A stretch of 64,000 bases of DNA from Octopus vulgaris (GCA_951406725.2 OX597827.1:4960001-5024000), one strand, 5' to 3'. Shown: positions 28,914-43,444, numbered from the stretch's first letter. A program made the numbers and translations. The notes: generated from the letters alone by a model not told the origin.

Positions 28914-29270
28914 GTATATATATATATTTATTTATTTATTTATTTAAACATACACACACAGTTATGCACACACATATTAAATGTATGTGTGTGTGTAAAC
29001 ATTAACGCCATATATCTTCATTAATGCTGTTGCAAGAAAAAAAATGGTAACAGTGTTAATTTCCTCCAATAAACAATAATTCCGGAGTTCAAAGAATTCC
29101 TCGGTTTAGATGTTTGGCTGTGATGAAAAATATCTCACTTAAAAAACAGGAAAAAAAATGACATCTTCCCTCAACAAGTGTCATTTAAATTCATCTAGCA
29201 ATGGAAGAAATATATATAAAACTGATGATGATGATGATGATGATGATGAAGACATACATGCAGCAGCATG

Positions 29271-29302
<32 letters not shown>

Positions 29303-29598
29303 TTTTACCCATTAGTAAATGTAACCAGTCTAAATTTCAGTATTGCATCTAAATTTTGTATCACTAGCTTGATATGAGTCACCTCCCTTGCACCATTTTC
29401 TTTGTCCATCAAGTATACATACATAATACATATATAAATATAGCACTCATCCCAGATACAAAAACACACACACGTGCACACACATACACACATGTTCTCT
29501 CTCTCACTTTCTCCTCATCCATCACCCTCTTGTACTGTCTTATATTCCTCCCCACCACTACAAACTCTATAAAATAGCCAAAACTCCTCACAGGACTT

Positions 29599-29770
29599 AG
29601 TTTGATTTGAAAACCCCACTAGAATGGGAGAAAGCGCTAATGATCTAAGTGATATGATATATATATAAAAAATGTAATATACAAATAAATATCTGTAAAT
29701 ATAAACCATCCGATTTTCTGATTACCTCATTTCTTCTAATATATAATACCTGTACATCATCTCCAAACCT

Positions 29771-29771
<1 letters not shown>
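29599..29771. repeat. Dispersed repeat, copy 2 of an inverted pair
   Basis: CCTCATTTCTTCTAATATATAATACCTGTACATCATC is the exact reverse complement of the core of copy 1. Confidence 0.8.
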
Positions 29772-29806
<35 letters not shown>

Positions 29807-30478
29807 GCACACACACAAACATACACACATATATGTATGCCTGTGTGTGTATATACATACAAGTATATAACATGTACATGTACACTCGCACGGACACGTG
29901 TGTTTGTGTATGTGTGTATAGATTTATCGCACATACTATGTGTATACATATATTGCATATACATTAATCGGATTTACATGTTTACCTTTTTTTTTTATTC
30001 TCTCTGATATTTTTTTTTTTTTTTTACAATTTACTGTTAGAATGATGTTGTCAAGAAATAAATGAATTGATGAATTAATAAATAATAGATATTTCTACTT
30101 CTCAATGAAACATGTTTTGTCATTAAAAACCATCAGACGGTTATTAGAAACTGACAAAATAAGGAGAGATCTAGTTAGAGAAACAGTGTTTAACATTGTG
30201 ACAACTACAAACATAAAAGTATTTAGCCTCTTAGATGTTGTCTTAGATCATAAACATGTGTATCGGGAACAATACAAGAAGTGTAATGAAAATCTTGTTT
30301 ACTAAGTGTAGATTAGGCTGTGTGGTTTAGAAGCTTGCTTCACAACGATGAGCTCTTGGGTTCAGATCTACTGTGTGACACCTTGGGCAAGTGTCTTCTA
30401 CTATAGCCTTGGGTTGACCAAAGTATTATGAATAGATTTAGTAAACAGAAAGTGAAAGTAGTCCTTTATATAAATATG

Positions 30479-30634
30479 TATAAAATTATAAATTAGGGTA
30501 TCAATATAAAATTATAAATTAGGGTATCAATATAAAATTATAAATTAGGGTATTAATATAAAATTATGAATTAGGGTATCTATATAAAATTATAAATTAG
30601 GGTATTAATATAAAATTATGAATTAGGGTATCTA
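30479..30634. repeat. Minisatellite, 6 x 26 bp (TATAAAATTATAAATTAGGGTATCAA)
   Basis: Read directly; units 3-4 equal units 5-6. Confidence 0.9.
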
Positions 30635-30830
30635 TCTTTGTTTTCTCTCCGTGTTGATATATGGACAATTAAGGTAGTTTAAAGTTAGATCATGACTGCT
30701 ATTTTCAGCATGGTGGTATCTCGTAGATACCCTAATTTATAATTTTAATAATTATTACCTTTGAAAGTTATTTTTACCATGCTGACCACTTGATAAAATC
30801 GTTATTTTATTTTTAAATTAACGATCTTAT

Positions 30831-30885
<55 letters not shown>

Positions 30886-31966
30886 GCCACTCATATTTTG
30901 TTAATTTGCTAGTTCACTGTGGGTGTCTGAAGGGTGGCTCCCTCATTGCACTGGCTATTAAAACACCTGAAAGTCATAGATAGGTGAGACAACTTGCCCC
31001 AGATCCCTTCTGGTGTAATGGATACTGCTATTTTGCACTTTTTGTGGTTTATCAACGACATGTACTTGAATTGCACTTGAGATGAACTGAATTGCTAGCT
31101 TATGACTATATATAAATGGTGCAAAATCATTTTGTGTTTATGCCATGATGATGTATACATAAGATTAAATTCAGTTAAGATATATATGCATGTATGTATG
31201 TAAACATCATGTAAACTCATCTCAACATCATGTAAATGGTTGTAAACGAGTATCATTATTATACAAGCAAGGTTGTTTTTTTTTCCCCAGTTTTCTGTGA
31301 AATGCATGTATAGTTATGGACAAATATTACCTTGCTTGGAAACATATGAGAGTGGGCAATAAGGGTTATCAGACCACAGAAAATCTGCCTCAGCAATTCC
31401 GTCTGAATCATGCAAGCATGGAAAAGTGGATGTTAAATGATGATTAACAAAAACTTCAACAACTCAACTTCCAGGTTTAAGAACCTTGTTAGCAACTTTC
31501 TTAAGTGTATTTCCAGTATTTCTTTAGACAGAACAACATTTGAGAGAGTTGCAAAGTACTATGGTAAATAATTGGAGAATAGAGAATTTTGAGAAAAGAT
31601 TAACTCTCTTCCTAACGTGGACAACTCTCAAGAGGTATAAAATCTAAAGCCATAATCAAATTGGTTTCAGCTTATCCTGTAAGCTCAATGGAAAATTCCT
31701 TATTTCTAAGAAATACTTAAATTTGTTTCAGAAACACTACTTCACGAAACATAAATATACCAAGTTATTTAACTGACAAAAATGAAAACTTATCTACCAT
31801 AGCATGATTAATAAAAATAGTCAGCACACAAAATTATCCAATAGGTATCCCAATGAACTTAATAATGTTACAAAGCTCAAAGCCAAATATGTGGATACTT
31901 GTCTGAATATACATACATACATGTGTGTGTGTGTATGCGTGTGTGTGTGTATGTATGCGTGTGTGT

Positions 31967-32045
<79 letters not shown>

Positions 32046-32067
32046 AATATATATATATATATACATA

Positions 32068-33163
32068 CAGGGTGCAGTGAATAAACTGTCATCTAAATTA
32101 TGCAAAAATGAAAATAGAATTGAAATCTCATTTTAACAGATATATTTACCAAAATTACATAAAAATATCTTGAAATACTAAATTTATTTAGTAAAATCAC
32201 CATTGGCTTCAACCATGGCCTCCAGACGACTTTGGAATCTCCTGCAACACTTCTGGGTGGTCTCCTTGTTTAAGTTGGTGAATGCTGCCCTAATCCTTGC
32301 ATTCAGTTCAATTTTGGGGCTACTAGGAGTTTTTTTGGTCTCTCACTGAACTGCACCCCACACATAATAATCAAGGGGGTTGCAGTCTTGGGAGTTAGGT
32401 GGTCAGATGTTAGGGGTGATGTGGTTGCAGAAATTGTCTGACAGCCATGACTGGGTTCTCTTGCATGTGTGGTATGGTGCAGAGTCCTGTTGTCGGACAT
32501 AGGGTCTTCCAGCAGTCACCCTCTTGACTCAGGGCAGCATTACCTCCTCCAGGCACTTGATGTAGGCCTTCTTGTTGAGTGTCAGACTGTGTGGGAAGAT
32601 GAATGGAGGCATAATGTTACCATCTCTAGCGATCACTTCAAACACCATGATGTTGACTGGATGTTTGATTTTTATCTCTCGCAGTACATGTCCTCAAGTT
32701 CTTTTCTACTCTAGGTACAAGGCCCAAATGTTTTGGGGAGGAAGCCAGTCAATTAGATCGACCCTACTACACGACTGGTACTTAATTTATCGACCTCGAA
32801 AGGATGAAAGGCAAAGACAACCTTGGCGGAATTTGAACTCAGGATGTAAAGACAGACAAAATACCATTAAGCATTTTGCCTGGTATGCTAACGTTTCTGC
32901 CCGCTTGCCGCCTTAACATGTCCTCAGATTGACACCTAAACACTCTGGAATGTTCGTACTGGAGCTTCGAGCATGAATGCTAAGCAGTACAGTATGTCGT
33001 TTCCAAATTTCTGGCAGAGTGAATAGTATCAAGGTGCTGTTTTTCTCACACATGGTGCCCAGCTGATCCTACTATGCTGTATAGTCAACAAAATCAAAAA
33101 CAAACAATATGCATGTGCGAAATTAAAAGTATAAAATGGTGACAATTTACCCATGGCACCCTG
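32068..33163 (-). mobile_element. Internally deleted maT (DD37D) Tc1/mariner-superfamily transposon
   Basis: TA|CAGGGTGCAGTGAATAAACTGTCA left TIR and TGACAATTTACCCATGGCACCCTG right TIR. The minus strand reads QQDSAPYH...*PPNSQDCNPLDYYVW with 37 residues between the two aspartates. Confidence 0.85.
32697..32915 (-). mobile_element. SINE family B variant inserted in the maT element, 11-bp TSD
   Basis: ACATGTCCTCA is duplicated at 32686-32696 and 32916-32926. Confidence 0.85.
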
Positions 33164-34427
33164 TGGTTTTTTCAATGACATGAACTAAAAGTCGGAGGGG
33201 GATAAGATAAACTACCTCCATCAACTTGCTATAAAAGCAGGTAGTAATTTTACCTTGTGCTTATTCTTAGTGCAAGTTTTGAAGAGTGCAGTTCAATTTT
33301 AACAGTTATTTTTTCAAAGCTATAATGGAAGTGGCAAAAGAGCATATTGGGCATAGTTTGCTTTATGAGTTCAATAAAAGCAACAACGCAATGGAAAGTG
33401 TTAGGAATATTAATGCAATAAATGAGGATTGCACAATAAACATAAGCCAATGTCAATGGTGGTTCCAGGAATTCTGAGCCAGAAACCACAGCTTACAAGA
33501 CAAGCCTCATCCTGGAAGATTTGTAGAGCTTGATGAAGATGTACTGTAAACCCTGGTGAAACAAGATCCCATCATAACTGTTGAGGAACTAACTGAGAAG
33601 CTTGGATTTGGTCATTCAACCATTCATCGACACCTGCATGCCATTGGAACGGTCAGTAAATTGGGTCAATGGGTTCCTCACAAACTTTCCAAGTCTAATC
33701 ACATGCAGAGAGTGAATGTGTGCTCTTCTTTGCTGTCATGTCTCATAAACGAACCTTTTTTGGACTGAATAGTGACTGGTGATGAGAAATGGGTTCTCTA
33801 TAGAAATGTTAAGCACCAAAGGCAGTTGGTAGGGAAAGGAGAAACACTGATACCCCAGGTTAAAGAAGATCTTCACCCATGTAAGGTATTATTATCTGTT
33901 TGGTTGGATATGAAAGGTTTAATCCACTTTGAACTTTTAAACCCATATCAAATAACAATGGAGATCTACTGCAAGCAGCTTCGGTGGCTGCTGTCAGTGC
34001 TAGAAGAAAAACGACTATCATTGATTTCAAGACAAAAGGTGCTCTTTCATCAGGATAATGTTCAGCCACATACAGTGAGGATGACATTCCAAAGGCTGGA
34101 GCAGTTTGACTAAGAAACGATGCCCCATCCACTATATTCACCACACATTGCCCCATCTGATTATCATTTATTCTGCAGTCTTCAAAATCATTTGGACGGA
34201 AAATATATGAATTCTACAGACGAGGTCAGAACAGTACTGGAGGCGTATTTATTATCATGGACAAGTGAATTTTGGAAGAGGGGCCTTGCAAGTTTACCAC
34301 ATAGATGGAAGAACACTACAGAGAATGAAGGAGAGTATATTTTAGATTTAAAAAGAATTTTGTTTATTTTAATTTTAAAAATAAAAGCAGTATTAAAAAA
34401 CCATCTTATTTATGGGATTATCCAATA
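33164..34427 (+). mobile_element. Mariner (DD34D) transposon with an inactivated transposase
   Basis: One frame from ATG 33325 with four internal stops (33475, 33547, 33766, 34111). Motifs WVPHKL, TGDEKW, FHQDN and YSPHIAPSDYHLF with D-34-D spacing. The right end is ...GGGATTATCCAA|TA; the left TIR is truncated. Confidence 0.92.
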
Positions 34428-34804
34428 TTATCCATAATTCAGTTATGAACTTGAAGCAGTGCTAGTGTTGAAAAATCACAAAAAATGGCAAAATATCGGT
34501 ATCCGTCACTCCTGAATGAGATTTGGGGTAAGTTGTATTCCCTGTCTTTCACATTCAGGTGTTTTAACACCCAGCACTTTGAGGGAGTCATCCCCACTGT
34601 GCTAAACAACAGTGCAGCAGCAAACAAGCAAAACATATTCATTGAGAAATTAGTGGCCAAAATAAGTTATGCTCTTGAGCAATTTGTGTAAATTTGACTC
34701 AATGATCTGCCAAGACATACTACCGTTTTCAGGAGAGAACATAAACATCTAGATCATATATCGGAATGTACCAGCTTTAAGAGCTTGTATTAAAACCATA
34801 AATT

Positions 34805-35155
34805 ACATCCGAATCGTGGCCGATGCCAGTGCCGCCTCGACTGGCTTCCGTGTCGGTGGCACGTAAAAAGCACCATCTGAATCGTGGCCGAAGCCAGTGC
34901 CGCCTCGACTGGCTTCTGTGCAGGTGGCACGTAAAATGCACCAATCCGACCGTGGCCGATGCCAGCCTCACCTGGCACCAGTGCAGGTGGCATGTAAAAA
35001 GCACCCACTACACTCACGGAGTGGTTGGCATTAGGAAGGGCATCTAGCTGTAGAAATATTGCCAGATAAGACCAGAGCCTGGTGCAGCCTTCTGGCTTCC
35101 CAGATCCCCGGTCGAACCGTCCAACCCATGCTAGCATGGAGAACGGACGTTAAAC

Positions 35156-35194
<39 letters not shown>

Positions 35195-35196
35195 AT
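34805..35196 (+). mobile_element. Retroposon family C
   Basis: Three ~69-bp units (CGTGGCCGA..GGTGGCACGTAAAA), then AGGAAGGGCATC...TTAAAC(GAT)n. Confidence 0.85.
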
Positions 35197-36949
35197 TCAG
35201 ATGAAAGAAACAACACACCACTATCTGGGTGTACGCAGCACCTGAAAGATTACAATATTCCCATCGTTTATGTCACATGTACCCCAGTGTTCAAATAACA
35301 ACAGTCTCTTTAGTTATGAAAAATACTTCATCCTCACTAAAACAACAAATGCAATAAAAACAAGGCCAGAGTTACTAATTGTTGTAGCAGAAACAAATTT
35401 ATCTTTCAAACCACAACAAAACAATGAACTGGAGTAAATAAACATAAGAAAGAAAAAAAAACTGTTTGACGATTATTCTGTACACAAGAACAAACTGGAA
35501 ATAAATAAATCTGTCAAATTATGCTGATAAACTGTGAAGGAAATAGTTTTTTTTAACAGCCATCCCATTCTGGGAAATATCTACGATAGAACACTCTAAA
35601 CTGGAACTATGACTATGTTTGTATGTATATCCTGGCTATGACACTAAACTGCATCCATTAGTAAGACTCCAGTTCAGGAGATGTTGGGGGTATGCATGCA
35701 GTCACCCCTTAATTACCATTACTTCCAAGTCTCTTCTGACCCAGTATGATAGAACTTGTCAGAGTTAAATATATTTCCCAGGGGTAGAGGAGGCTTTCAT
35801 TATATTTGGCAAAGCCGTGTTGAAGGCAGCTCTTCTAGAATGAAGATATTCTGACATAAAACTTGCAGTCAACTTAGTACCAGTCATCTTGCAGTGCTTG
35901 TCACTAGAGCTTACTGTGGGGCAACCAAGAAGGTGACAAAAGCATTGCACAGGCTTTTTGTCACTTGCATCTGTTCACTCAGTCTCATATACATATATAC
36001 ATATATATATATATATACATATGTATATATACATATATATATGAGACAAAGAAAATGATCATGTCGACCTATTATGCATTGATACCTTGCAGGTGAGATG
36101 CTGTACCAACAATTGTGGTGCATCATAGATGCAGATGTGTCTCGTCAGATGTCTTGTGAATCCCATTTCCTTTCTCTCATATTCTTATAAACTCTATGGA
36201 CACAAAGGAATTCCTGAAGTAAATCCAGTAGTATATACTGCCACACTGTTGATGGACATAAGGTAGCGGAATACTGTCAACAGGCTTTAAACAGTATATC
36301 ACAAGGTGTATAACCGAATATAAAATAATTTTTTTGATGCGACTCTACTCTATACTGATTTGTCTCTCATCCTTTTCTCTAATTCCTTTTTTATCCCTTT
36401 CAACGTTTTCTATCTGTCTCTCTCTCTTCCCTTCTCTTTCTCCCTTTCTCTCTCTTGTTGCTTACACATGACCATTGTCCATCTTTCTTTTCCCCATGTG
36501 ATCATCTTTTCTTTTCTTTCAGGACTGTCCTAAGGACTGGACGTATCCTATCTCTCTCTTCTATCTTTTTTCTTGTCAAAGAAAATATTTCTGCAGTGTC
36601 TGCTATTTTACCCTCGTTCTGTTCTAACAACCCTCCACATTTGTTTTCATTCGGTTTCCCTGTATATTGCCACTGTCCTGTTTTTGTTCCTAACTTTGAT
36701 CCTCCATAAATCCCAAATTTTATTTTGGTACTTATGGGAGCAACTGTCTTCAAAGACTTGTATTGCCATTCAATGCTCGAAATGAGGAGCAGATAAACAG
36801 CCAACAATTGATGAAGGGTCGTTGTTTGTGTTACTTGTCCTGATTTCCATCTCTCGTTGTTTGCATTTTGAACTCATTTGTTTTTGTATTTCATGTTGTT
36901 TACTGTTGGTGACGTCCTGTACCCATATATGCATATGTATATATATGTA

Positions 36950-37001
<52 letters not shown>

Positions 37002-37613
37002 TATATATATATATATGCATATATATACACACACATGTATACATCTATAATATATTTGAATATATTTGGTGGGAAAGAGAGTGAAGGAGGACATGTATGA
37101 CTTCATGACTACATAGTTTTGGGCTCAACCCTGCTTGTGGCACTTTGGGCAACCATTTCCTCAAGTAGCTAATAGCTGATGTATGCCTTGTTAGTGCAGA
37201 AGCTTGTTATATATATATATATTATACACACAAGCACAAATACACACTTTACACTTACATTCATATACATGAATAACACATACAGTTATTACATGTAGTT
37301 GCACACACATGTATAAATATATGTGTGTGTATGTGTGTCCTACCTTCGAAACATGCTGGAGTTGAACTAGGGACAGCTGATGAAGGGGATTTTTCCTGTG
37401 TAGTTTGTCTTGTACCCTGTTTTTTCGTTGTTAAATAAATGGTCCGTTCCATGCTTGTTTTTACTTTTTCGTTTTCGTTTTTCGTTTAGTTCTACGTCTA
37501 ATTGTGGTGTCCTGTACTCACGTATATTTACTTATATATGCATGTATATATACATGTAGATGTAGGTACGTACATATATGTATGTATGCATGCATATATT
37601 TTATTTATTACAC

Positions 37614-37652
<39 letters not shown>

Positions 37653-37774
37653 CGTTTCATTAGAGAAATCTTCAGGGCATTTCTCTGAATGAAACAGTAC
37701 TGTAGAAAGCTCCTTCTATATAATAAATTAATTTTACTCTGCTATGTATTGAGTACTGGAATCAACCCGGGACC

Positions 37775-37805
<31 letters not shown>

Positions 37806-37808
<3 letters not shown>

Positions 37809-37954
37809 CTAGGAAGGGCATCCAGCTGTAGAAACATTGCCAGATTAGACTGGAGCCTGGTGCAGCCTTCTGGCTTCCCAGAACCCCGGTCGAACCGTCC
37901 AACCCATGCTAGCATGGAGAACGGACGTTAAACGACGATGATGATGATGATGAT

Positions 37955-37956
<2 letters not shown>
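37806..37956 (+). mobile_element. Retroposon family C, 3' fragment
   Basis: AGGAAGGGCATCCAGCTGTAG...GTTAAACGACGATGATG, running into (GATA)n. Confidence 0.8.
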
Positions 37957-38149
<193 letters not shown>

Positions 38150-38969
38150 TAATAATCATTGCTACTATGTTTGTCATCAAGTCATGTTTTGTTAGTACTA
38201 TCAAAAACTTGTTTGAAGGCAGAGAACTCACTGGTTTATTGAATGATGGAACTCTGTGTGCTAGTCTTCTAAGCACATAAACATTTTGATTGCAGCTATC
38301 TTAGCATTACTGTCAGCTTAAATTCATATTTTTCATCGTGAATACTCATGATACTGATTGTGTTTTACAATAGAATGATTTTCAAGATTTTTAAGGTGAC
38401 ATAAATAGTAACTTTTTGATATTTTGTCTTTCCCAACAATATTAGCTGTTTAGAACATATAACTATTAAATAGACACATTCTAGTAGCGAGATTATGCTT
38501 CAGTGAAATGTTGTTTGTACCATTCTTTATGGCTTCTGAAATGGTTGGCAAATCTTTTGCTCCCCTAAGTTGAGCAAATGTATATCAACTTATTCCATGC
38601 ACAAAATAAAAGAACAAGACAATACTAATCAATATTATTACTCAACCAGTCCACTATAGTAAAGTTTGTTTTCCTCTGAACTCTACATTTTGCAGTAAAC
38701 TGTGTAATGCATAGTTTAAGTCCTAATTATTTGGACACATTATACACATTAAAGAGGAAATCACCATTTTGCTGCTTTATTCATTCGGCTAGCTCTATAG
38801 CATGGTGCTGTGGAGACAGAGACCATTTTGTAGGCACAATAGGAAGAGCAGACGAAAATGTAAAACATAAACTTTTGTATGAACTTTGATGTAAGTTTTA
38901 TGCCAAAAGTGTTGCAGCCCACATTTCAAGGAGCATTCCTAACTTTCAAAGTAGCTTATTTTTTTTTAC

Positions 38970-39185
38970 CTCTTTTACCTCTTTTACTTGTTTCAGTCAT
39001 TTGACTGTGGCCATGCTGGAGCACCGCCTTTAGTCGAGCAAATCGACCCCGGGACCAATTCTTTGTAAGCCCAGTACTTATTCTATCGGTCTCTTTTGCC
39101 GAGCCGCTATGTGACGGGGACGTAAACACACCAGCATCGGTTGTCAAGCAATGCTAGGGGGACAAATACAGACACACAAACACAC

Positions 39186-39216
<31 letters not shown>

Positions 39217-39382
39217 TATACATATATACGACAGGCTTCTTTCAGTTTCCGTCTACCAAATCCACTCACAAGGCATTGGTCGGCCCGAGGCTATAGCAGA
39301 AGACACTTGCCCAAGATGCCATGCAGTGGGACTGAACCTGGAACCATGTGGTTGGTTAGCAAGCTACTTACCACACAGCCAC
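38970..39382 (-). mobile_element. SINE family A, near full length
   Basis: Near-identical to 12553-12972; yields the same spurious MLxGQxQTHKH ORF. Confidence 0.9.
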
Positions 39383-42088
39383 TAATATCTTACTTCTTTT
39401 TCAATTAAGTACACAGATTTTCTTTGAAACAACAAAATAACACATTTGTATTCATTCTAAATGTCTGTGTATTGTATCAATGTTAGAAAACTTTATGAAT
39501 TGACTAGATTTTTTTTTCACTGAAATTCCAGGCTAATTGCGGAAAGGCTGCAATATAGTTGATTCCTTGATTCCAATGTTGTATTAGCCCCTACCCTATG
39601 ACTAAACCATTTAAAAAGTGTATTACTGGTAATAGCTTCATCAGCATTGCACAAATAAATGGTAAAGCTAACTGCAGTCGGATTTAGACTCAGAACCCAA
39701 ATGGGCAGGACTCCATCCTGCAATAACCCTTTTGGTGCTGCTGTGATCCAACCATATATGACACTTTGGTTGTGTAGATGTATTCCATCACATTCACAAT
39801 TTCTTACACAAGTTTTCTTTATGGTTTAAACCATTTTATTAAAATAAAAATTCTAACTACAATTGTAACCAAGATATAACAATGCAACTTTCAAATGAAA
39901 CACAAGTGAATTGTCCATTTAATCTACTTCCTATTATTTTCATTTTACTTCCTATTCTATACAGATTACTTCATATATTTTCCAATTCATACTCAATAGT
40001 ATTGAATACTTTTTTTTAAAAATTTGATTTCTTATTATATATTCTCAGTATATTATAAATAGAAATGTGTCCTTAAGGCTTCATTTCTTTTTAACATTGG
40101 AAATAATTTCAAGATTCTGTAGTGAAATATCTGAACAGCATGCTAACCACTATAATTATCCTGTTATTAGTTGTTAATCATGGCTTTAATTGTAGTATGG
40201 TGTAGAATTGGCAAAGTTATTACGGCGTTAGAGGGAATGTGTCAATAATATTTGTTCTGACTCTGCAGTCTCAATTCAAATCCTGCTGAGGTTAACTTTG
40301 CCTCTCATCCTTTTGGGGGTTGATAAAAAATATACCTGTTTAAAGCAATGAATTGATAGAACTGATGGAAGGTCAGGCAAAATGCCTTGTGGTATCTGTT
40401 CTGGCTCTTTGTTTTCTGACAACAATGCCAGCAATAATACAAGTACCCAAAGTGTATTAAGTTTAAGCAATCACATTTCTCTTAGTACTACATTGATATG
40501 AAGAGGGAAGATTTGTATGCTTGAGTAACTGTTAGTCTTCCTCAAGAAAAACTTGCATAAACCTGCACATACACATGCAAACACTTGATCTGCCTTAATT
40601 GACAGAGGTGCTATATTTTTAGTGTCATAAATTTATTCATATATTTCAAGGTGATTGTACTTTCAGCGTTCCTTCTGTACTATGTCTGTTACTTCATAAG
40701 TTGAATAATAGAATGAGTGCTGAGTGGATAGGGTTTTAAGCTATCTGTTCATAGCTTGTGGGTGAGTGCACTTCAATTTTTTTGTTTGTTTTTACTTCTT
40801 GGGTGTAGAAGAAATAGCCATGGTGCTTTTGCAGCCAGACTAGTGAGACTCTGCCAAATGTTATACTTATTTATTAGCATCGTTTTCAATTAAGCATGCA
40901 TTATTTCATAACTTTGAAATTTCAGTAATGTGATTGTTTATTTTTAAAATGATATTGTAGGGTAGGTGTGAGAGGCTAGATCTGGCTGGTTTGATCCTAA
41001 AATGAGGTAGAATATGGCCAACTTAAATGCCAAAGAGTTAATGTTCTGCTTGGAAGGAGGAAATAGAGGGTCAAAGATCTGATGAGAAAGGATTAGGTGG
41101 TTAGGAGTTAGGACCATGTTATTCAAAAATATTACTCATTACAAAACAGCATTCTGTCTAGTACCAGATTTTAAACTGTATGTTATGAAATCAAAGATAA
41201 GAAAGTATTTAACTTTTACATTTAATAAAATTATCCAACTTGGTGTAATACCTGACAATTAAGAAAGACAAATTGCTCTAATTTTTCATCAAGGTGTAAC
41301 TAAATTACATAGAATAAGTAGTGTGTAGACTGAAAAATATCATCATTAGTGTAATGTAATTTCATGAAGATATTAATATCTAATTAGCATAAGACGGGAC
41401 AGAAAGATGTGACTGCAACAGAGTTGAGTAATAAGTCATTTGTATGATTTGTGATTTTTATGGTAGTGACATAGTAAAGGAGCTGGGTAAGACTGCATGT
41501 GTTACTGGACAAAACTAAACAATATAAAGAATATCTAAGTACACTTTGTGAGAATTAAAAACAATGAAACTTCAAAAAACTTATTTGAACAGCAACAATA
41601 TTAATAGAATCAATACAGTTGCACATCATCTATAACATCATCTGTGGTACTCAGTCGAAACAGGACAAAATGTTACCTAATGTATAGCAGCATTAAGAAA
41701 TAGGAAGAAAGCATTGCTTACGAATAAAATAGACATTTGGAAACAAATAAGACATTTAAAGAAGAATGAGAAATTAGATAATGACCAGGTATTGGACTGG
41801 CTGGGTGTTAAAGTTTAAGAAGGCAGTTTTTAATCTCATATCTTAACTCTTAAATCTAAATAAATGCCAGATTCTTATCATTATGAAATGTAGGTAAATA
41901 TCATATTATGAAATATAATGGCGATAAAATAAATAACCCAATCATGTAAAGCGAGGAAATTTGTGCTTAAAGAACAAATATATACAGTTTTTGTATGTCC
42001 AACAAGGGGAATTGATGCTAGATGTGTCGAAACAATTGTTGCGATTGATAATATATTCTTGCATATTTCATTTTCTGTCTTTCATTTG

Positions 42089-42089
<1 letters not shown>

Positions 42090-42123
<34 letters not shown>

Positions 42124-42264
42124 ATATGTATATATATGTATATATATGTATATATATGTATATATGTGTATATATATATGCAAATATATGTATATATAAA
42201 TATACATATATATATGTATGTCTATATATATATGTATATATATGCATATATATATGTTTGTATA

Positions 42265-42303
<39 letters not shown>

Positions 42304-42340
42304 GTACACATATATATGCATATATATATGTATGTGTATA

Positions 42341-42387
<47 letters not shown>

Positions 42388-42444
42388 GCATATGTATATA
42401 CGTACATATTTTTGTATATATGCATGAATATATATGTATATTTG

Positions 42445-42500
<56 letters not shown>

Positions 42501-42535
42501 TATATATATAGATAGATAGATAGATATATTTTCAT

Positions 42536-42572
<37 letters not shown>
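42090..42572. repeat. Compound (AT)/(ATGT) microsatellite
   Basis: Read directly. Confidence 0.9.
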
Positions 42573-43403
42573 GCTAACTAGGAGCAAATATATATTCTTT
42601 AAAATGACACCTATTATTATTAGGGCAAACAACTATAAAATAATACTGCCTTTGGTTAAAGAAATGTAACTACCAGAACTATGTTCTGTTCTTTAATACT
42701 AGCACTGCTAACAGATCCAAATAAGGAGAATGCATGTGACTACAAATGCAATGCCAAGATGATTCACCACCCTTTCTATGTGGATAAGTTGAAACTATAT
42801 GAAAAAGGGACAAAAACTAATTAGTGAGTTTTCTCCTGACAGTTAAAACATTCATTAAAGACTTATGAGGTGTACCGATTCCACCAGAAATAAAAGAAAA
42901 TTAACAAAAAAAAAAACCAACATTAAGAGTGATAAAGATCTAGAAATCAAAGAAGTTTTCTAGGAATACATACATAAATTAATTAAGAATAAATGAAGCA
43001 GGCAATATCTAGCATATACAAATAAAGATAAGAATTATAAAAAACAAAAATTACTTGAGGTGCGTCAGATTAGTAATAGAAAGAATAAGTAAATAATTAA
43101 AAAAAATGGTGAAAGGTATATACATGCCAGCTATCCCAGTAATTAGCAACAATTTAAGTGTAATAAATTAGAAATTAAGCGATTCGAGAAACAGACATGA
43201 AAAACAAAGCAACTTCTAACAGAATTTTGAATATACCACTCTGAAACATACTGATGTTAAGTATTAACGATGCACACAAGGAAGGAAAGGACTTAGAGAT
43301 TTGTGATAAAACAATTATGGTGAGACTAAGATAATATCTATTAGAAAATAAGGATTTTTCAGATTAATTAGAGAGCACAAAAAACATAAAGCAAAAGAAA
43401 AGA

Positions 43404-43444
<41 letters not shown>

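Noticed and set aside
30479-30634. CRISPR-like array or interstitial telomere
   Set aside because: There are no unique spacers, the context is eukaryotic, and TTAGGG occurs only once per unit rather than in tandem.
41963-42632. YI/CV/HT-rich ORFs here and throughout the window
   Set aside because: Dinucleotide microsatellites are stop-free by composition.
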